Source of the DNA: Carcharhinus longimanus
Taxonomy: Eukaryota
Length of the DNA stretch: 64,000 bases
Reading direction: 5' to 3'
Assembly: GCA_030264375.1 (NCBI GenBank)
Contig: JASCQW010000122.1
Location: 27,292,690-27,356,689, forward strand
In this document: positions 40,601 through 53,865 of the stretch, piece by piece
Layout of the letters: each line of letters opens with the position of its first letter
How positions within the stretch are numbered: the stretch's first letter is position 1
Program-made: the position numbers and the translations under genes
Notes under the pieces: model-generated
Databases searched by the model: none
What the model was told of the DNA's origin: nothing
The model's input: only the letters and a program-made list of their open reading frames with translations

Positions 40601-43600
40601 TCAATCTATTTGAATAGTGGAACTGGCTAGAGAGGCAAAATCTGATGTAAAGTGATGTTGGCATTCTGTTTTGTTATGTTGAAAACCTATAAGTCTAGCA
40701 AACAACACTGGAGTGTAATTAAATGTACCTGCATATATGTTTTTCCAGAGTTATTTATTGAATTCTAGTAAGAAAATCCTGTCTGCTTGGGCTAGATAAT
40801 TTTGTGAATAAGGGAAAAATGCTGGCAATTTGAAATAAAGACAAAAACTGGAAATGCACAGCAACGTGGTCAGCATCTTTAAGTTGATGTTGGTGCAAGA
40901 CCCTGAATGCTAAAGAAAGGCATTGTGCTAAAATATTAAAGTATACTTGCCTTTGATTGTCATTTTAATGAATTGTAGAAAATCTTTGCTTTGTGAGGCA
41001 AGGAGAAGCTCAACTTCAGCCTGCTGTCATTTTTAAGTAGATTGTATACTTCCAGGCAGCTGAGCACGTGTCGCTAAATTATATTCCACATCTGGGCAGA
41101 AAATTTTTTAATTGAGTCTGATATTATGAAAGATATGATGATATCATTGGAGCAAAAACATAGATTTGCAGTTTTATGGTCTTTGATTTTGGCCAAGTAA
41201 TTTTAACATTTGATTTGCCAAGTTGTAGTATTTAGGTGAGGTTCAAACCTTGTAGATATAAGGCTTATATGGTAATATAGGTATATCTTGGGTAGTTAAA
41301 GTCTCACCTTTAAGCACCCTATTATTACTGTATTATCTACTGTATTATCTGCTAAGTGGCTGTGAAGCCACCCCATTACTCTTAGCCTAATTTTTAGTAA
41401 GGTCTTAGTTTAAAGAAAATAGGTTGTGGTGAATGCAAGTATGATTTATAGCATGTTAGCTTCCAAGAGCTAGTGATGAATCTGTGACAGAATGGAGTGG
41501 AACAGACAGGCATTGTCGATGGAGCTGTTTATTGGTTCACTGGGGTTCATTATGGCATCAGGTTTTTTATCTGAGTGAGTAATACTTCTCCTGATGAATG
41601 TGTGCACAAGAGTAGACTGGCAGAATCTGCATGACCCATCAGCTCTGCTGCTTGATTTATGAGTGCTTAGGAGTTAGGAAGATCACAACTTGCAGTGCAG
41701 AAAGTACCTGACCGCCAGTATTTCTAAAGAACAGCAATTTGACCATGGAGAAATAATGTTATACTTGTGGGATGTTGTTAAGAATTTCCATTATGATTCA
41801 TTAATTTTTTAAATAATAAAAATTCAAGTTTGTTAATGATGTTTCAACTTCTACTTTAGCCCCATGCATACGTTTCAATCTTCATTTTGCTGTTTTTAAA
41901 AATGATGTGCTGGTTAGTGCTTTTCATTTCCTGGCAGGCTGTCTGAGAATTCTTGAATGTGATTTGCTGCTTGCATAGTTGATAAAAAAAAAATCACTGC
42001 AGATCAGCGCTGGATTCCCATTGAACAACATTGCAATCTGCAAGGTCTCTGAGACTCTCTTTGAAGTCTGCAGGCAGCGCCTTTACTTGTTGCTGACCAC
42101 AAAATCTGAGTCTTTGTCCTCAGCAATGCTTCCATCCAGTAACTATTTTGACATTTTTCTGTAAATTGGTACCCCAACAGAATTTCATTTTTGGCAGTTG
42201 ACAGATGTTTCATTTCAAAAGGCATTCGGTATTACTTTATTCATGGGGTGTGGGCATTGCTGGCTAGGCCATCCCTAATTTTCCTTGAGTAGATAGTGGT
42301 GAGTTGACACCTTGAACTGCTTTGCTCCCGTGTGGTGTAGCTGCACACAATGCTCTTAGGAATGGAGTTCTGGGATTTTGATTCGGCAATTTATGAAAGA
42401 ATGGTGATGTAATTCTCAGTCAGGACAGTGTGCAGCTTGGAGAGAACTTGCAGATGGCGAGGTTTCCAACTTAAAATGGTTAATCTGCACTTTTTTGTTT
42501 CATTGTGTGCCAGTGGGTTCAGCACTTGTGTGTGGTTTTCTTTGAACGTTCTCCCTCTTTATGAACCTAATTACTTTTTTTGACTAAGTGCAGTTAGTAC
42601 TGCAGAGAATACAAAAGCCAATGCAGCTTAGATTTCCATAGGAATGTTGAATCTTGTTTCTAGGGGCCTTCACCTTTTTAAATTGTTTCTGTAAGTTTTT
42701 ATATTTTTGTGTCTAACTCTCTCCATAGTAATGAATGATTATATGATATTAGTTCTTAATAAAGAGTTAGTTTAAATGTGCACAATGGTGCCCTTGCTTC
42801 GTATGCAATATTTTACTCTGTATGGCTTTGAGAATAATACGCTTCTCAATTAAATGGTAATTTTTCACGCAATGTTTCATGTGTTGTTTTATGAATCATC
42901 TTAGTGCATTTAGTTGGGGTTGGTGCAAAACACCCTGATCGAGGTAATTAGTGTGTTATGTACAGTCTTATGGACATATAGGATATGTCAGTTGACTCTT
43001 AAAATCTGAACAGATCAGTCCTATTTGTATGCTGTTTATTATTCTATAGCATATCCATATTTTGTGGGTGTGACATTTTAGAAGTGGCTGTTTACAATGT
43101 TTTTTGCCTCACAGTTGGATTAATATTAAACAAATCAGGATTTGTTGAGCTCAGCAGCTTGCTCAATTTTTATCTGCAGCCACAAATAAACTTTACCTCA
43201 TTCCTGAATATTATAAGTTGCTGCTACTGTACTGTATGAACTGATTAGGATTTATCCACTGATATGATTTCACAAAAGCTGATCTTTTCCAAATTCCAGG
43301 CTGCACGATTCAAACAGAAGCAAGCAACGACTAAGTATTGAGGACAAGTTGAAAGCAGTTGACTGGGTTTTAGCATTGCATTGCCATGGCTGAATGATTA
43401 CAGTTTACCCATCATAGATAATTAATGGGGATAGATAAGCTCTTGATACTTGATAAATGACTGGAAAGAGGAAGAACTGAAGGTAGATAAAGGAGCTGAT
43501 GTCCTTGAGTTTGTATGCTTGTTGAGAATGAGTCACTTTGGCTAAATGTGCTCACAATTTTTTCACAGTACTGTTTTCTTGGATGCCAAGATATGCCTGA

Positions 43601-43869
43601 GCTTGAATGAACAACTATTCAGAGGAACCTCCTCAACAATTGACCATAATAAATTTCAGATTTAATTTGTTGAAAATTATGGCTATTGGAGCAATCTTCT
43701 ACATTCAGTAATCTTGATTGGGTCATTTGTATTGTGCACTGAATTTCTTCTTGCAAAGTCAGTTCCTTCTCATAGTTGCCATTCACATTGCAGGCTAGCT
43801 AACATTTTTGAAATTGATTAGTTTCAAAAGAAAATGTTGAAGCTATTTGGTCTTAAATTTGGAATATAA

Positions 43870-44060
43870 TGAGAACAAGAGCAGACCCTGTCGAGCCTGC
43901 TCCAGCATTCCATATGATTGTGGCTGATCTATCTCAACTCCACCTTCTTGCACCGCCCTCTTATCCCCTGAATTCCCTTAGTATTCAAAGATCTATCAAT
44001 CTCTGCCTTAAATATACTTGATGCCCAAGCATCCACAGCTGCTGAGGTAGTGAATTCCAG
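43870..44060 (-). mobile_element. CR1 3' tail fragment
   Basis: gtcgagcctgctccagcattccatatgattgtggctgatct...gatctatcaatctctgccttaaatatac. Confidence 0.7.
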
Positions 44061-44880
44061 GTAGACTTTCATTGGTTTCCTGATGGAAGCTTCAGTTACT
44101 TCTGCAGTAGTTTAAAACATCCATCCTTCAAATTTCTTTGAATATGTAGTCTAAAACTTTCTATCTGCAAACCACTGACTTTAGATCTAACATTTGATTT
44201 GGCATTCTGACATTGGTACTCGAAAATCATCTGAAGTTCTTAGCAAAACCTGCTTTCCAGCTACTTGTGGGCNNNNNNNNNNNNNNNNNNNNNNNNNNNN
44301 NNNNNNNNNNNNNNNNNNNNNNNNNNNNNNNNNNNNNNCATCTCTATTGGGGTTCACCCTTCAGTGATCTTGATCCTTTTTTTTCCCGTGTTGGTGCTAT
44401 TTGTATTCTGGCGCGGTGGGATTTTTGCCTCCAAGTTGGATTCTGGTGCTGGCAGCTTCATGGGACATCTGAAGCAGGCAATGCCGAAAGGAGGGGTGGG
44501 AGCTGTTCAAGAAGTTTGAAAAGTCTCATTATGACCTGAGTAGATCCTTAATATTGGGTCTCAGGACACAGAGGAGCTCATTAAGAGTTCTGTCTCCCCA
44601 CTGTTTTGGGGAATAGTTTGATGTCAGTGTCTTAGGGACTGCCGTCAGCTTTGTACTTTTGATCCTTGGGGTTGACGACAGTGGTGGGAAGCGTTTATCA
44701 TCAGATTTCTTGGGCAACTTTCCTACAGAGAGTCAGTGAAAGATATCTTGGTTTCACTGGATGGGTTGGAGATCCAGATCACAAGCTGCTCTGTGTCATT
44801 TCCATTGATTTTTTTTTTCTTCTGTTACTTGCATCTCCAAAGTAAAGAGCAATTTTAGAAATTTTGAGGTTTGTTTACTA

Positions 44881-45603
44881 TGATAATACCGTTCTATTGA
44901 TGTACTTTATGTTTCTGTAGAATGTTTTAATTAGTTTTTTTCTAGTAAGTCAGTATGTCTGGAAGGAATGCAGCTCAAATCCTGAAAAAGCAGGATAATT
45001 ACTCATTTTAGCCATATTGCATTTATTTAACAGAAGTTTATAGAGAGGATCTCTGGCTCACCTTCCATTACTTTTTGATTAAAGTAATGGAAGGTGTTTG
45101 AGTGTTCGGGGTCATATGGTAATGGTTATTGGGAGGAACTACTTTGTAGCAAGGGAACAGTTTCTGTTTCATTTTAGAGTTAGTTGCTAACTGAAGCTGT
45201 TGAAAGACACAAGTCTGCTCTCTCTCCACAAAATCTTACAGGAAGCTCCATGGCTGTTAACCCAAGTGTGCCTGGGTTTGCTAACTGTATTTAAAGTGAT
45301 ATTTGTCTGTGGGAAAACTGTTGCCTGCTTGGAACTGAAATAGCGCTAAGTTAAAAATTAGTTCTTTTCACATTCAAAGATTGTTCAATTATTAAGAGAT
45401 ATGCTGTTTCATTTTGTTTGAGCTATATTTAAACTGCATTATGAATAAAGCTTGTTTTGGTAAAAGATCCCTAATTTGTCAGTAGAATCACTCCTGGAGT
45501 AATGCATCCTACTCTCATATATATGCCAAAATAAAAAAAAAAAGTGTTGCGGTCTAGTCTGACTTCAAAATACACTTTGGGGTTCTGATCCGGGATCCTG
45601 ACA
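44881..45603 (+). mobile_element. Putative solo LTR
   Basis: Starts TG (44881) and ends CA (45603), flanked by direct repeat TTACTA (44875-44880, 45604-45609); internal AATAAA at 45443 and 45530; no coding remnants. Confidence 0.5.
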
Positions 45604-45769
45604 TTACTAATGTTCAAAGGAATGAGGTAAACTCGTGGCCAGCTATGACTATCTGTATGGATGGCTTAGTTCAGTTCCTTGTTCAGCTGGGTTTTGTTGC
45701 TTCAAAATTGAATGAAACAGTAACATTGAGTAAAAGATGATTTGTGTGACATCTTCTAAAAATCTTCAC

Positions 45770-46080
45770 AAAATCATTGCAATGCAGGAGGAGGCCATTT
45801 GGCCCATTATGTCTGCACTGGCTGTCCAAATGAGCATTATGACTTAGTGCTGCACCCCTACATATTGTTTCCATTCAACTAATTGTCTAATACCCTCTTT
45901 AATGCCTCAATTGAGCCACCACACTATCAAGCAGAGCATTCCAGGTACGAGCCACTTGTGTGAAAAGATTTTTTTCCCCCCACATATTTGCTTCTTTTGC
46001 AAATCCCCTTAAATCTTTACCCTCTTGTTCTTGATCCTTTTATGAGGGGGATCAGTTTCTCCCTATCTACTCTGTCCACT
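45770..46080 (-). mobile_element. CR1 3' fragment
   Basis: aatgcaggaggaggccatttggcccatt...cagagcattccagg...gtttctccctatctactctgtcc. Confidence 0.7.
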
Positions 46081-47019
46081 TAACTATATTGGATGGAAAT
46101 TCTATTTGAATCCTTTCAGCCTGACTTCTGTCCCCAATTTGATCCTTCTCTTGGTAAAGTTATCTCTGTCTCTTGATTGCGGCCAAGGTGAACTAATCAT
46201 TTAGGGTGCAGAAGGTGTCTGTTCATCCCATCAGGCCCATTATTTACTTATTCCTTGTGCTTTGAAACTGCTGCCAACACGCTTCTGTGAATCTGTGTTC
46301 TCATTATTTCCATGCTTTTTGCAGCACAACTAGCACAATTCCTGTTATGGTTCTTGTCCTGCATCCACAGGAATGTGCCTGAGGTTTCCATGCTCATCCT
46401 ACTCTTATTTCTAGATTGCATGCTGTCTTTGTTAACATCCACCAGCTTGGAACTCTGCATTGTACTGCTGTGTTCAATCAACTGGATGTTCAGCCTGTGT
46501 TTGATTTTCACATCTTATATTCTATTTATTTCTACATCATGACTGTCTTTGGATGAGATATTAAACCACTGTCTGTTCTCTCAGGTGAATGTGAAAGATC
46601 CCAATTCCCTATCACCCAGGCCTGGTGGCCTTGCTGATATCTATCCATCAGTAATTTATCAATCAATGTCACAAACAGATCAGCCAGCAATTATTGCTAC
46701 TGTTACATTAATTTGTGCACAGCACACTTCCACATTGCTGTTTCTGCATTGTAATAGTGACGGCACTTCAGGTATATTTGGCTTTAAAGCACTTTGGGCA
46801 TCAGGTGGTTATGAAAGATTTTGCAAGTCTATCTGTGAGGAGACCATGAGAGTCCCTTTGAGTTTCACTTTGGTTCAAAGGCATGCTCTAAGCGTAACAG
46901 GGATGAATCACGGACGAATATTGATAAGTTTTGTTGAATGATAAAACAATTATAATAATATATAAAAAGATCACTTTATTGAAAGGAGAGAACGCTTTGT
47001 ATATATCTAAAGAAAAAGT

Positions 47020-47350
47020 AGGGCAGCATGGTAGCACAGTGGTTAGCATTGCTGCTTCGTAGCTCCAGGGACCTTGGTTTGAATCCCGACTCGGGTCACT
47101 GTCTGTGTGGAGTTTGCATATTCTCCATGCATCTGCGTGGGTTTCCTCTGGGTGCTCCGGTTTCCTCCCGCAGTCCAAAAATGTGCGGGCTAGGTTGATT
47201 GGCCATTCTAAATTGCCCTGAGTGAACTGGGAAGCATGGGTTAGGGGGATTAGTGGGTAAATATGGGGGAGTCTGGGTGGGATTGTAATTGGTGTGGACT
47301 CGATGGGCTGAATGGCCTCTTTCTGCACTGTAGGAATCTATGATTCTATG
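47020..47350 (+). mobile_element. tRNA-derived SINE with CR1-like 3' tail
   Basis: gggcagcatggtagcacagtggttagcattgctgcttc...ggtttgaatcccg...ctgtgtggagtttgca...gactcgatgggctgaatggcctctttctgcactgtaggaatctatgattctatg. Confidence 0.88.
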
Positions 47351-47626
47351 AAAAAAACAAGCAGATGTTTGTTTAAACACAAACAATAACCCCAAATTGG
47401 TCTGTTTCATGACAGCTCCCCCAGATTGGTGTACACATTACAGTCACTATGGTGTCCACATTATCAAGTTGCTGAGTAACCCCAATAGGTGGGTTCNNNN
47501 NNNNNNNNNNNNNNNNNNNNNNNNNNNNNNNNNNNNNNNNNNNNNNNNNNNNNNNNNNNNNNNNNNNNNNNNNNNNNNNNNNNNNNNNNNNNNNNNNNNN
47601 NNNNNNNNNNNNNNNNCATTTATAAG

Positions 47627-47785
47627 GTGTATACTCTTTCTGTGTCTGGGGATCGTCTAATTGTGGGAACTGCTGGCCGTCGTGTGTTGGTGTGGGACTT
47701 GCGGAACATGGGATATGTACAGCAAAGGAGAGAGTCTAGCCTGAAGTATCAGACACGCTGCATTAGAGCATTTCCAAATAAACAG
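47627..47785 (+). CDS. BUB3: BUB3 coding exon 4 (159 nt)
   Basis: ataag|; [53 protein letters not shown]|gtattt. Confidence 0.96.
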
Positions 47786-49909
47786 GTATTTAATATTCAT
47801 GTTTGACCGTATTTGTACTAATTTCTGCATTGCATTTAATTTGTTTAATTATATTTCGGTAGTTAATTATACACCATTTATTATACAATGTATAGGAAAA
47901 TCATTTGTGTCTTGGAAAAAGGGTTGGAAATGATAATTCATTTTAATTCATTGGATTATTGCATCCAATTGGATATACCATTACAACTGCCCATAAATTT
48001 TTTTTCTGAGAAGCATAAAGACTAGCCCAAAATAAATTTTTGTGAAGGAAATCAAGGAAGTTTCAAGAAACTTGTGGATTGTGCATTGTCATCTGAGCTA
48101 ACTAATTACTTGGCATCTCACTGACAATGTTGTAATCTCTCAGGAACTTGTCAAGTTTACTTTAAATGATTTTAGTAACCTCAGTACTTCATGACTTATG
48201 GAGATTGCTTCCAAACAGCTGTGATTTTAAAATAAATACAACTAGGCATCTACTTGCATTGTCTATCTATTCCACATCCTTCCTTTGGTTTTAGTATCCA
48301 AATGCATTTCAGTGACTTATCTAACCAAACTTTAATCCCTCTAATTTAAGAAAAAGTATTCTGTCTCAATCTATCAAAGTAATAACCTAATATTTAAACT
48401 TTTAAAAAGATGGAAGGTTTTGTATTATCTTGCTGACTGTCCTTTGCATCTTTTCCAAAGATTCATTGTTCTTCACCAGCATTGGAAATTAAATTTGAAC
48501 TGATCAATTTAAGTTGCAAACGTACAAAAATCTTCCTGTCCGCATATACTGCCTGATCTGTGAAGTTTTCATTATTTTCTGTTTTCGTTTCATATTTTCA
48601 GAATCTGCAGTATTTTGCTTTTGTACAAAACCCTTATGTAGCTTAGGGTTATATTCAGCAATCCTAACAATACAGCTTAAAATTGATCCAGATTTTGTGG
48701 TCAGTGGCAAAGAAATGATGTTTGCTGCTGAATGTACAGAGGAATTAAGTTACTTAGTTAGTTGACTGCACCGTGAAGCTTGTTGTAGCAAGGCCTAGCA
48801 TCAGAAGAAACAGTATTGGCACATTGGTAGAACACTGTCCATCTACTTTTGATGTCATAAGATAAAGATTGCACCCCTTGAGGCTAATCGTCAGCCCAGT
48901 AGTGGATGAGTTTATTGTAAAGCTGTTAAAACACTTTCTAAAAACTTTTAAATACTCTTAATATTTTATTTACAAGTTAAACTTTTAAATATTGAGGCAG
49001 AGCGTTAAGGGGAGAGAGGGAGGGAAATGGATATGGAGAAAGACACACAGACAGATGAGAGGTTCTTTGGCAATTCTCTGGTCCTTGGATCCCCCTGCTT
49101 CTCATTCTCCCATGCTTCTTGCTGTTTTCCTCCCTCCCATTAAGGGCTCCATCAGTGAGACTGGGGAGTTTGGGGGCTTTGGTCTCCAATGGTCAGACCC
49201 CGTGGATCAAAGGTTTGTGCCTGGATTACGCAAAGTCTTATGGCCTTTATGAAGAGGGGCCAGGCTATTTTGTTTACTCTCCCTGTAGTTAATTGGAGTC
49301 GACTCAGGTCAACAGATCTTCAGTTAAGCAGTTCAGTCCTCCCCATCTCCTCTTCCATTTAAAAACACCGAGGTCTGTTGTATAAAAATCTGCGCAAGCT
49401 GTGAGCAAATAGCCAAAAATTTCTCACTCCTGATGTTTCAGTATTTGTTATAGAAGAGGAAAATCCAGGACACAGTCTGTGCTTTTCTTTAACGGTCTCA
49501 TGAAGTCAACTGAAGTAGAATTCTTCTTGTTTCTTTTGACTAACGCTCTTACAAGATACAAACTCCTTTGGAATTTCCCACCCTTGTATGTGTGATGTTG
49601 CAATTGTCCAGATTCACTCAATTGTCTGACTCTGACTGAAAACTACCAATTTTTTTCATATTCAAGATGATTGTGTGTTTATGTTTCACTTTCCTGCTAG
49701 TAAAATAGTGGTGGTTTAATGAAGGTTTGGCCAAAGTATGGCTGGTTGCTGCTGCTTATTCTACAAATGATGTACTTACCATCTTCTCTCTTTGGTTGAA
49801 GAAGGGTGCAACGTGCCTTATTTTTGAAAGAAATACTTCCCAGCATGTCTCATGAGTGCAGAATATGGGGCATAAAAGTTTTTAAATGAATTACCTTGTG
49901 CTGTTTGGA

Positions 49910-50905
49910 CATGTTTTTTGTGAACGCGTAACCAAGAAGGTAGATGAGAACAGTGCAGTCAATGTTGACTACATGGACTTCAGCAAGGCCTTTGACAAGG
50001 TACTGCATGGTAGTTTGTTGCATAAGGATGAGGTAGCCAATTGAATACAAAATTGGCTTGATGATGCAAGACAGAGGACTGTTGTAGAGGGTTGTTTTTC
50101 CAATTGGAGGCCTGTGACCAGCGGTGTGTCTCAGGGATCAGTGCTCGGTGCACTGTTATTTGTCATTTATGTTAATGATTTGGATGAGAATATAGGAGGC
50201 ATGGTTAGTAATTTTGCAGGTGACACCAAGATTGGTGGCATAGTGAACAGGGAAGGTGGTTATCTAGGATTACAATGGGATCTTGATCAGTTGGGCCAGT
50301 GGGTTGTTGAATGGCAAATAGAGTTTAATTTAGATAAATGCGAGAGAATGCATTTTGGTAGATCAAACCAGGTAGGACTTACTCAGTTAATGGTAGGGTG
50401 TTGGGAGAGTTATATAGCAAAGAGATCTAGGGGTACGGGCTCATAGCTTCTTGAAAGTGGAGACACAGATGGACAGGGTGGTGAAGGCATGNNNNNNNNN
50501 NNNNNNNNNNNNNNNNNNNNNNNNNNNNNNNNNNNNNNNNNNNNNNNNNNNNNNNNNNNNNNNNNNNNNNNNNNNNNNNNNNNNNNNNNNNATAAAATAG
50601 TGAGGGGCAGAGACAAGGTAGATAGTCAACATCTTTTCCCAAAGGTAGGGGAGTCTAAAACTAGAGGGTAAAGATTTAGGGGGAGAGATACAAATGGATC
50701 CAGAGGGGCAGTTGTTTTCAGAGGGTGGTGAGTGTCTGGAACAAGCTGCTAGAGGTGGGTAGAATTTTGTATTTTAAAAAGCTAGATAGGTAAGATAGGT
50801 ATAAAGGGATGTGGGCCAGACCACAAACACTAACATACTAGTTTTAAAAAAAGGATGGTGTGGACAAATTGGGTCAAAGGGCCTGTTTCCATGCTGTAAA
50901 ACTCT
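49910..50905 (+). mobile_element. CR1 LINE ORF2 (RT) to 3' end, decayed
   Basis: YMDFSKAFDKV, TSGVSQGSVLGALLFVIYVNDLD, FAGDTKIGG; 3' tail gggcctgtttccatgctgtaaaactc. Confidence 0.92.
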
Positions 50906-51529
50906 GACGTGAAGAAACGTTTTCAGTTGCGCAGTTGGCAGCCAATATGATGACAATCATTCTTGGTCAAGTTGACTTTATTTTTGCAGCTGTTTCCACA
51001 GTTGACAATACACTAGTAGGAAAGCTAGATTAGTTGTTGGATAAGAAAAGCTACCAAATGCTTAGTTGAACAAGTTGTTAAATTGTACTTTCAAATCACT
51101 GCAAAGAACCTTTGGATGCCCACTGCCACACAGTCAAGTGCCAGTTTAACTCCTGAATACACTGAAGCCAGGCAAAGAGAGAGAATATCAAATAGCTATG
51201 GGATAATGTCTTCAACTCTGCACCGCTGTAATTGCTTTCCACCTGGCTGGAACTCTGTGTCACAGTGCTGGAGTGTTTCACTGGAGTGATTTCCTTTTAT
51301 CATTGTTTGAGCATTTTGTTAGGAGAGAATCAGCACTGCAACAGGATTGTGAAGGTCTGCAGGTACATGCAAGAATGCAAATGAAGAACTCTTTGCCAAG
51401 CGTAAGACAGAGCTGGCAATGTTACGTTGGACTATTGGTTGAATATTCTGTGTGCTCTAGTCACTTCTACTTACTCACAATTTACTTGTGCCAGTCTGAC
51501 ATCTGTATTTCTATTTCTCCATTATGTAG

Positions 51530-51710
51530 AGATCAGTTAGCTCACTTGGCTGATAAGCTGGCTTGTGATTCAGAGCGACGCTGACAGCGTGGGTTCCGTT
51601 CCCATGCTGGCTGAGGTTATTCATGAAGGCCTGCCTTCTCAACCTTGCTCCTCGCCTGAGGTGTGGTGATCCTCAGGTTAAATCACCACCAGTCAGCTCT
51701 GGTGACTTTA
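51530..51710 (+). mobile_element. tRNA-derived SINE fragment (second family)
   Basis: A-box ttagctcacttgg and B-box gggttccgttccc, followed by ggctgaggttattcatgaaggcc...ggttaaatcaccaccagtcagctct. Confidence 0.6.
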
Positions 51711-51920
51711 TCTATTTTTAATATATTACTACATGTTCAGAATCAGTTGAATAGTGTCAACTGAGAGCTAAATTATGAATTGATTCTCCTGCCTTGCATC
51801 TAATGAAGTATTAGGACATTGAGAGCCAACAGCTGTTGATATGCAGGAAAGGTGTTTTTAATCTACTTTGTGCAACTATTGGATGATATGTGATCAGAAT
51901 TTTCTGCTTCTTCTTTTTAG

Positions 51921-52098
51921 GGTTATGTTCTTAGTTCAATTGAAGGACGTGTTGCAGTGGAGTATCTTGACCCAAACCCAGAAGTGCAGAAGAAAAAATA
52001 TGCTTTTAAATGTCATCGATTAAAAGAAAACAACCTTGAACAAATTTATCCAGTTAATGCCATTTCTTTCCACAGTGTTCATAACACATTTGCTACAG
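51921..52098 (+). CDS. BUB3: BUB3 coding exon 5 (178 nt; not in ORF track)
   Basis: ttttag|; GYVLSSIEGRVAVEYLDPNPEVQKKKYAFKCHRLKENNLEQIYPVNAISFHSVHNTFAT(G)|gtaaga. Confidence 0.97.
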
Positions 52099-53559
52099 GT
52101 AAGATATTAGAAAAAAAAGAAAATTAATGGACTTACCAGAAAGAATCCTATTTCAGTCTAGTTTGTTTTTCCCAGTTATTTCAACTAACCACAGGTCACA
52201 GAATATGGTCTCAGCTGTTTTGCTGTTGATAGACTGTATCTATCATGGAACTTATTAATGTTGTCAAGGCATTGTGGTGGCTACTGTATGTGCTGGTATA
52301 GGAGAGCAATGGGGGACCCCCATGAGGGCCATAAAATGATTGAATCTGGTATTGTGAAACCAAAAGGTGCAACCTCTAAGGTAGCACTGATATGGTCAGA
52401 TGAATGAGTAATTGGGATTAGCTTAGGGGTTTTAAAAAAAAGGGACGGCATGGACAAGTTGGACCGAAGGGCCTGTTTCCATGCTGTAAACCTCTTATGA
52501 CTCTACGACTTGAAATCAGAGGCAGGCTTTTCAGATGGAGGAAGGATTAGGTGTTAAAGGGCTCTGAGTTGTGGGTAGCAAAGGTAACACAGGTTTTGAT
52601 TTTGGTCACAACTTGATTTCCTCAATTGGCGATTTGGTGCCTTGATATGAAGCTGGTGGCTGTGATGTTGGAATAGACATTTGATAAAGAAAAGAAACTT
52701 AGACTTCTTTCTATATGTAGAAAGAAAGCAATAGCTAACAAATTGTAGATGTGTGCTCGAATCAAATAGACCAAGATGTCCAGGAAGCAACAGTTGAGAA
52801 ACGGAATAGTAGATTGATGCCAGGGAGAGGATGAGGTAAAAGTATGGAGCCATGGATGTTGAAGGTGGGAAGCAGTTTGGAGTTGAGCCTGGGAGTATTC
52901 AAATAGTACCTGAAGATGGCTCCTATTTCTGCAAAGAATTGAATATGAAAGAATTTGAGTCCTATTTAAGTCAGCCACTATGTTTGAGTAGACTGCTTTG
53001 GAGCAGATTAATAAACAGTATTGGGTTATTAACTCATTGATTCATTACACATCTACTAAAAAATCAATTTTTTGGCATAGCAACTTTAAGAAAAAATGCT
53101 GTAATAGGGATCTGATGTTATATATTGTTACAGTAAAGTTTCTTATAGTATGAAATTTGTTGGGCCTGGCAGTGAATATTTGTTCGTTCTTGACCATGTT
53201 TGATACATTTAATGGTGCAAGCCTTTTGCATTAGTTTTGTGGCAGATCAAAATGCCATCAATCATTTAGAATTAATTTTGAATCAAGGAAAAATTAGTAT
53301 TTTGAAAGTTGTCTCCATTTTCAGAATATACAGACAATGGTAAAAATAAGACAAGTGGAAAGGATTTTTAGGAAAATAAGATATAGAAAATAGATTGGAT
53401 AATAAAGCTACATAATTTATTTTTATAAGGGCCAAATTGAAAGGAAGAGAATTGAGAAAAGAAAGATCAGGATTCAATTTTTGAAAATTGTATTGTGCTT
53501 ATTTCCAGATAATTTGGTAATGAGATTATTCATAACAATTTACCGTATTGGCTGTAGTG

Positions 53560-53865
53560 GGAGAGACAATGGTGCAGTGGTATTGTCACTGGACGAGTAA
53601 TTCAGAGATCCAGGTTAATGTTCTGGAGACCTGGGTTCATCACAACAGTCAGTGATATTTGAATACAATAAAAATATGGAATTAAAAATCTAATGATGAC
53701 CATGAAACCATTGTCGTAAAAACCCAGCTGATTTACTAATGTCCTTTTTGGGGGTCTGGCCTATGTAATTCCAGATATATAGGAATGTGGTTGACTTTTA
53801 AATGGGGTAGGCAATAAATGCTGACCCAGCCTGTGATGCCCATGTCCCATGAATTAATAAAAAAA
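53560..53865 (+). mobile_element. SINE (third family); related minus-strand copies at about 59180-59370 and 63580-63920
   Basis: ggtgcagtggtattgtcactggac...gacctgggttc...gaccatgaaaccattgtcgtaaaaaccca...cccatgaattaataaaaaaaaa; reverse-complement matches at 63730-63910. Confidence 0.7.

Noticed and set aside
46250-46530. Possible Harbinger transposase remnant on the minus strand (HRLNIQLIEH)
   Set aside because: Similarity is too short and weak to support without a profile search.
48860-49850. Possible second LTR-like element on the minus strand
   Set aside because: I could not define termini or a TSD.
52428-52510. Apparent local duplication of 50840-50905
   Set aside because: Both are 3' tails of the same CR1 subfamily, so independent insertions suffice.
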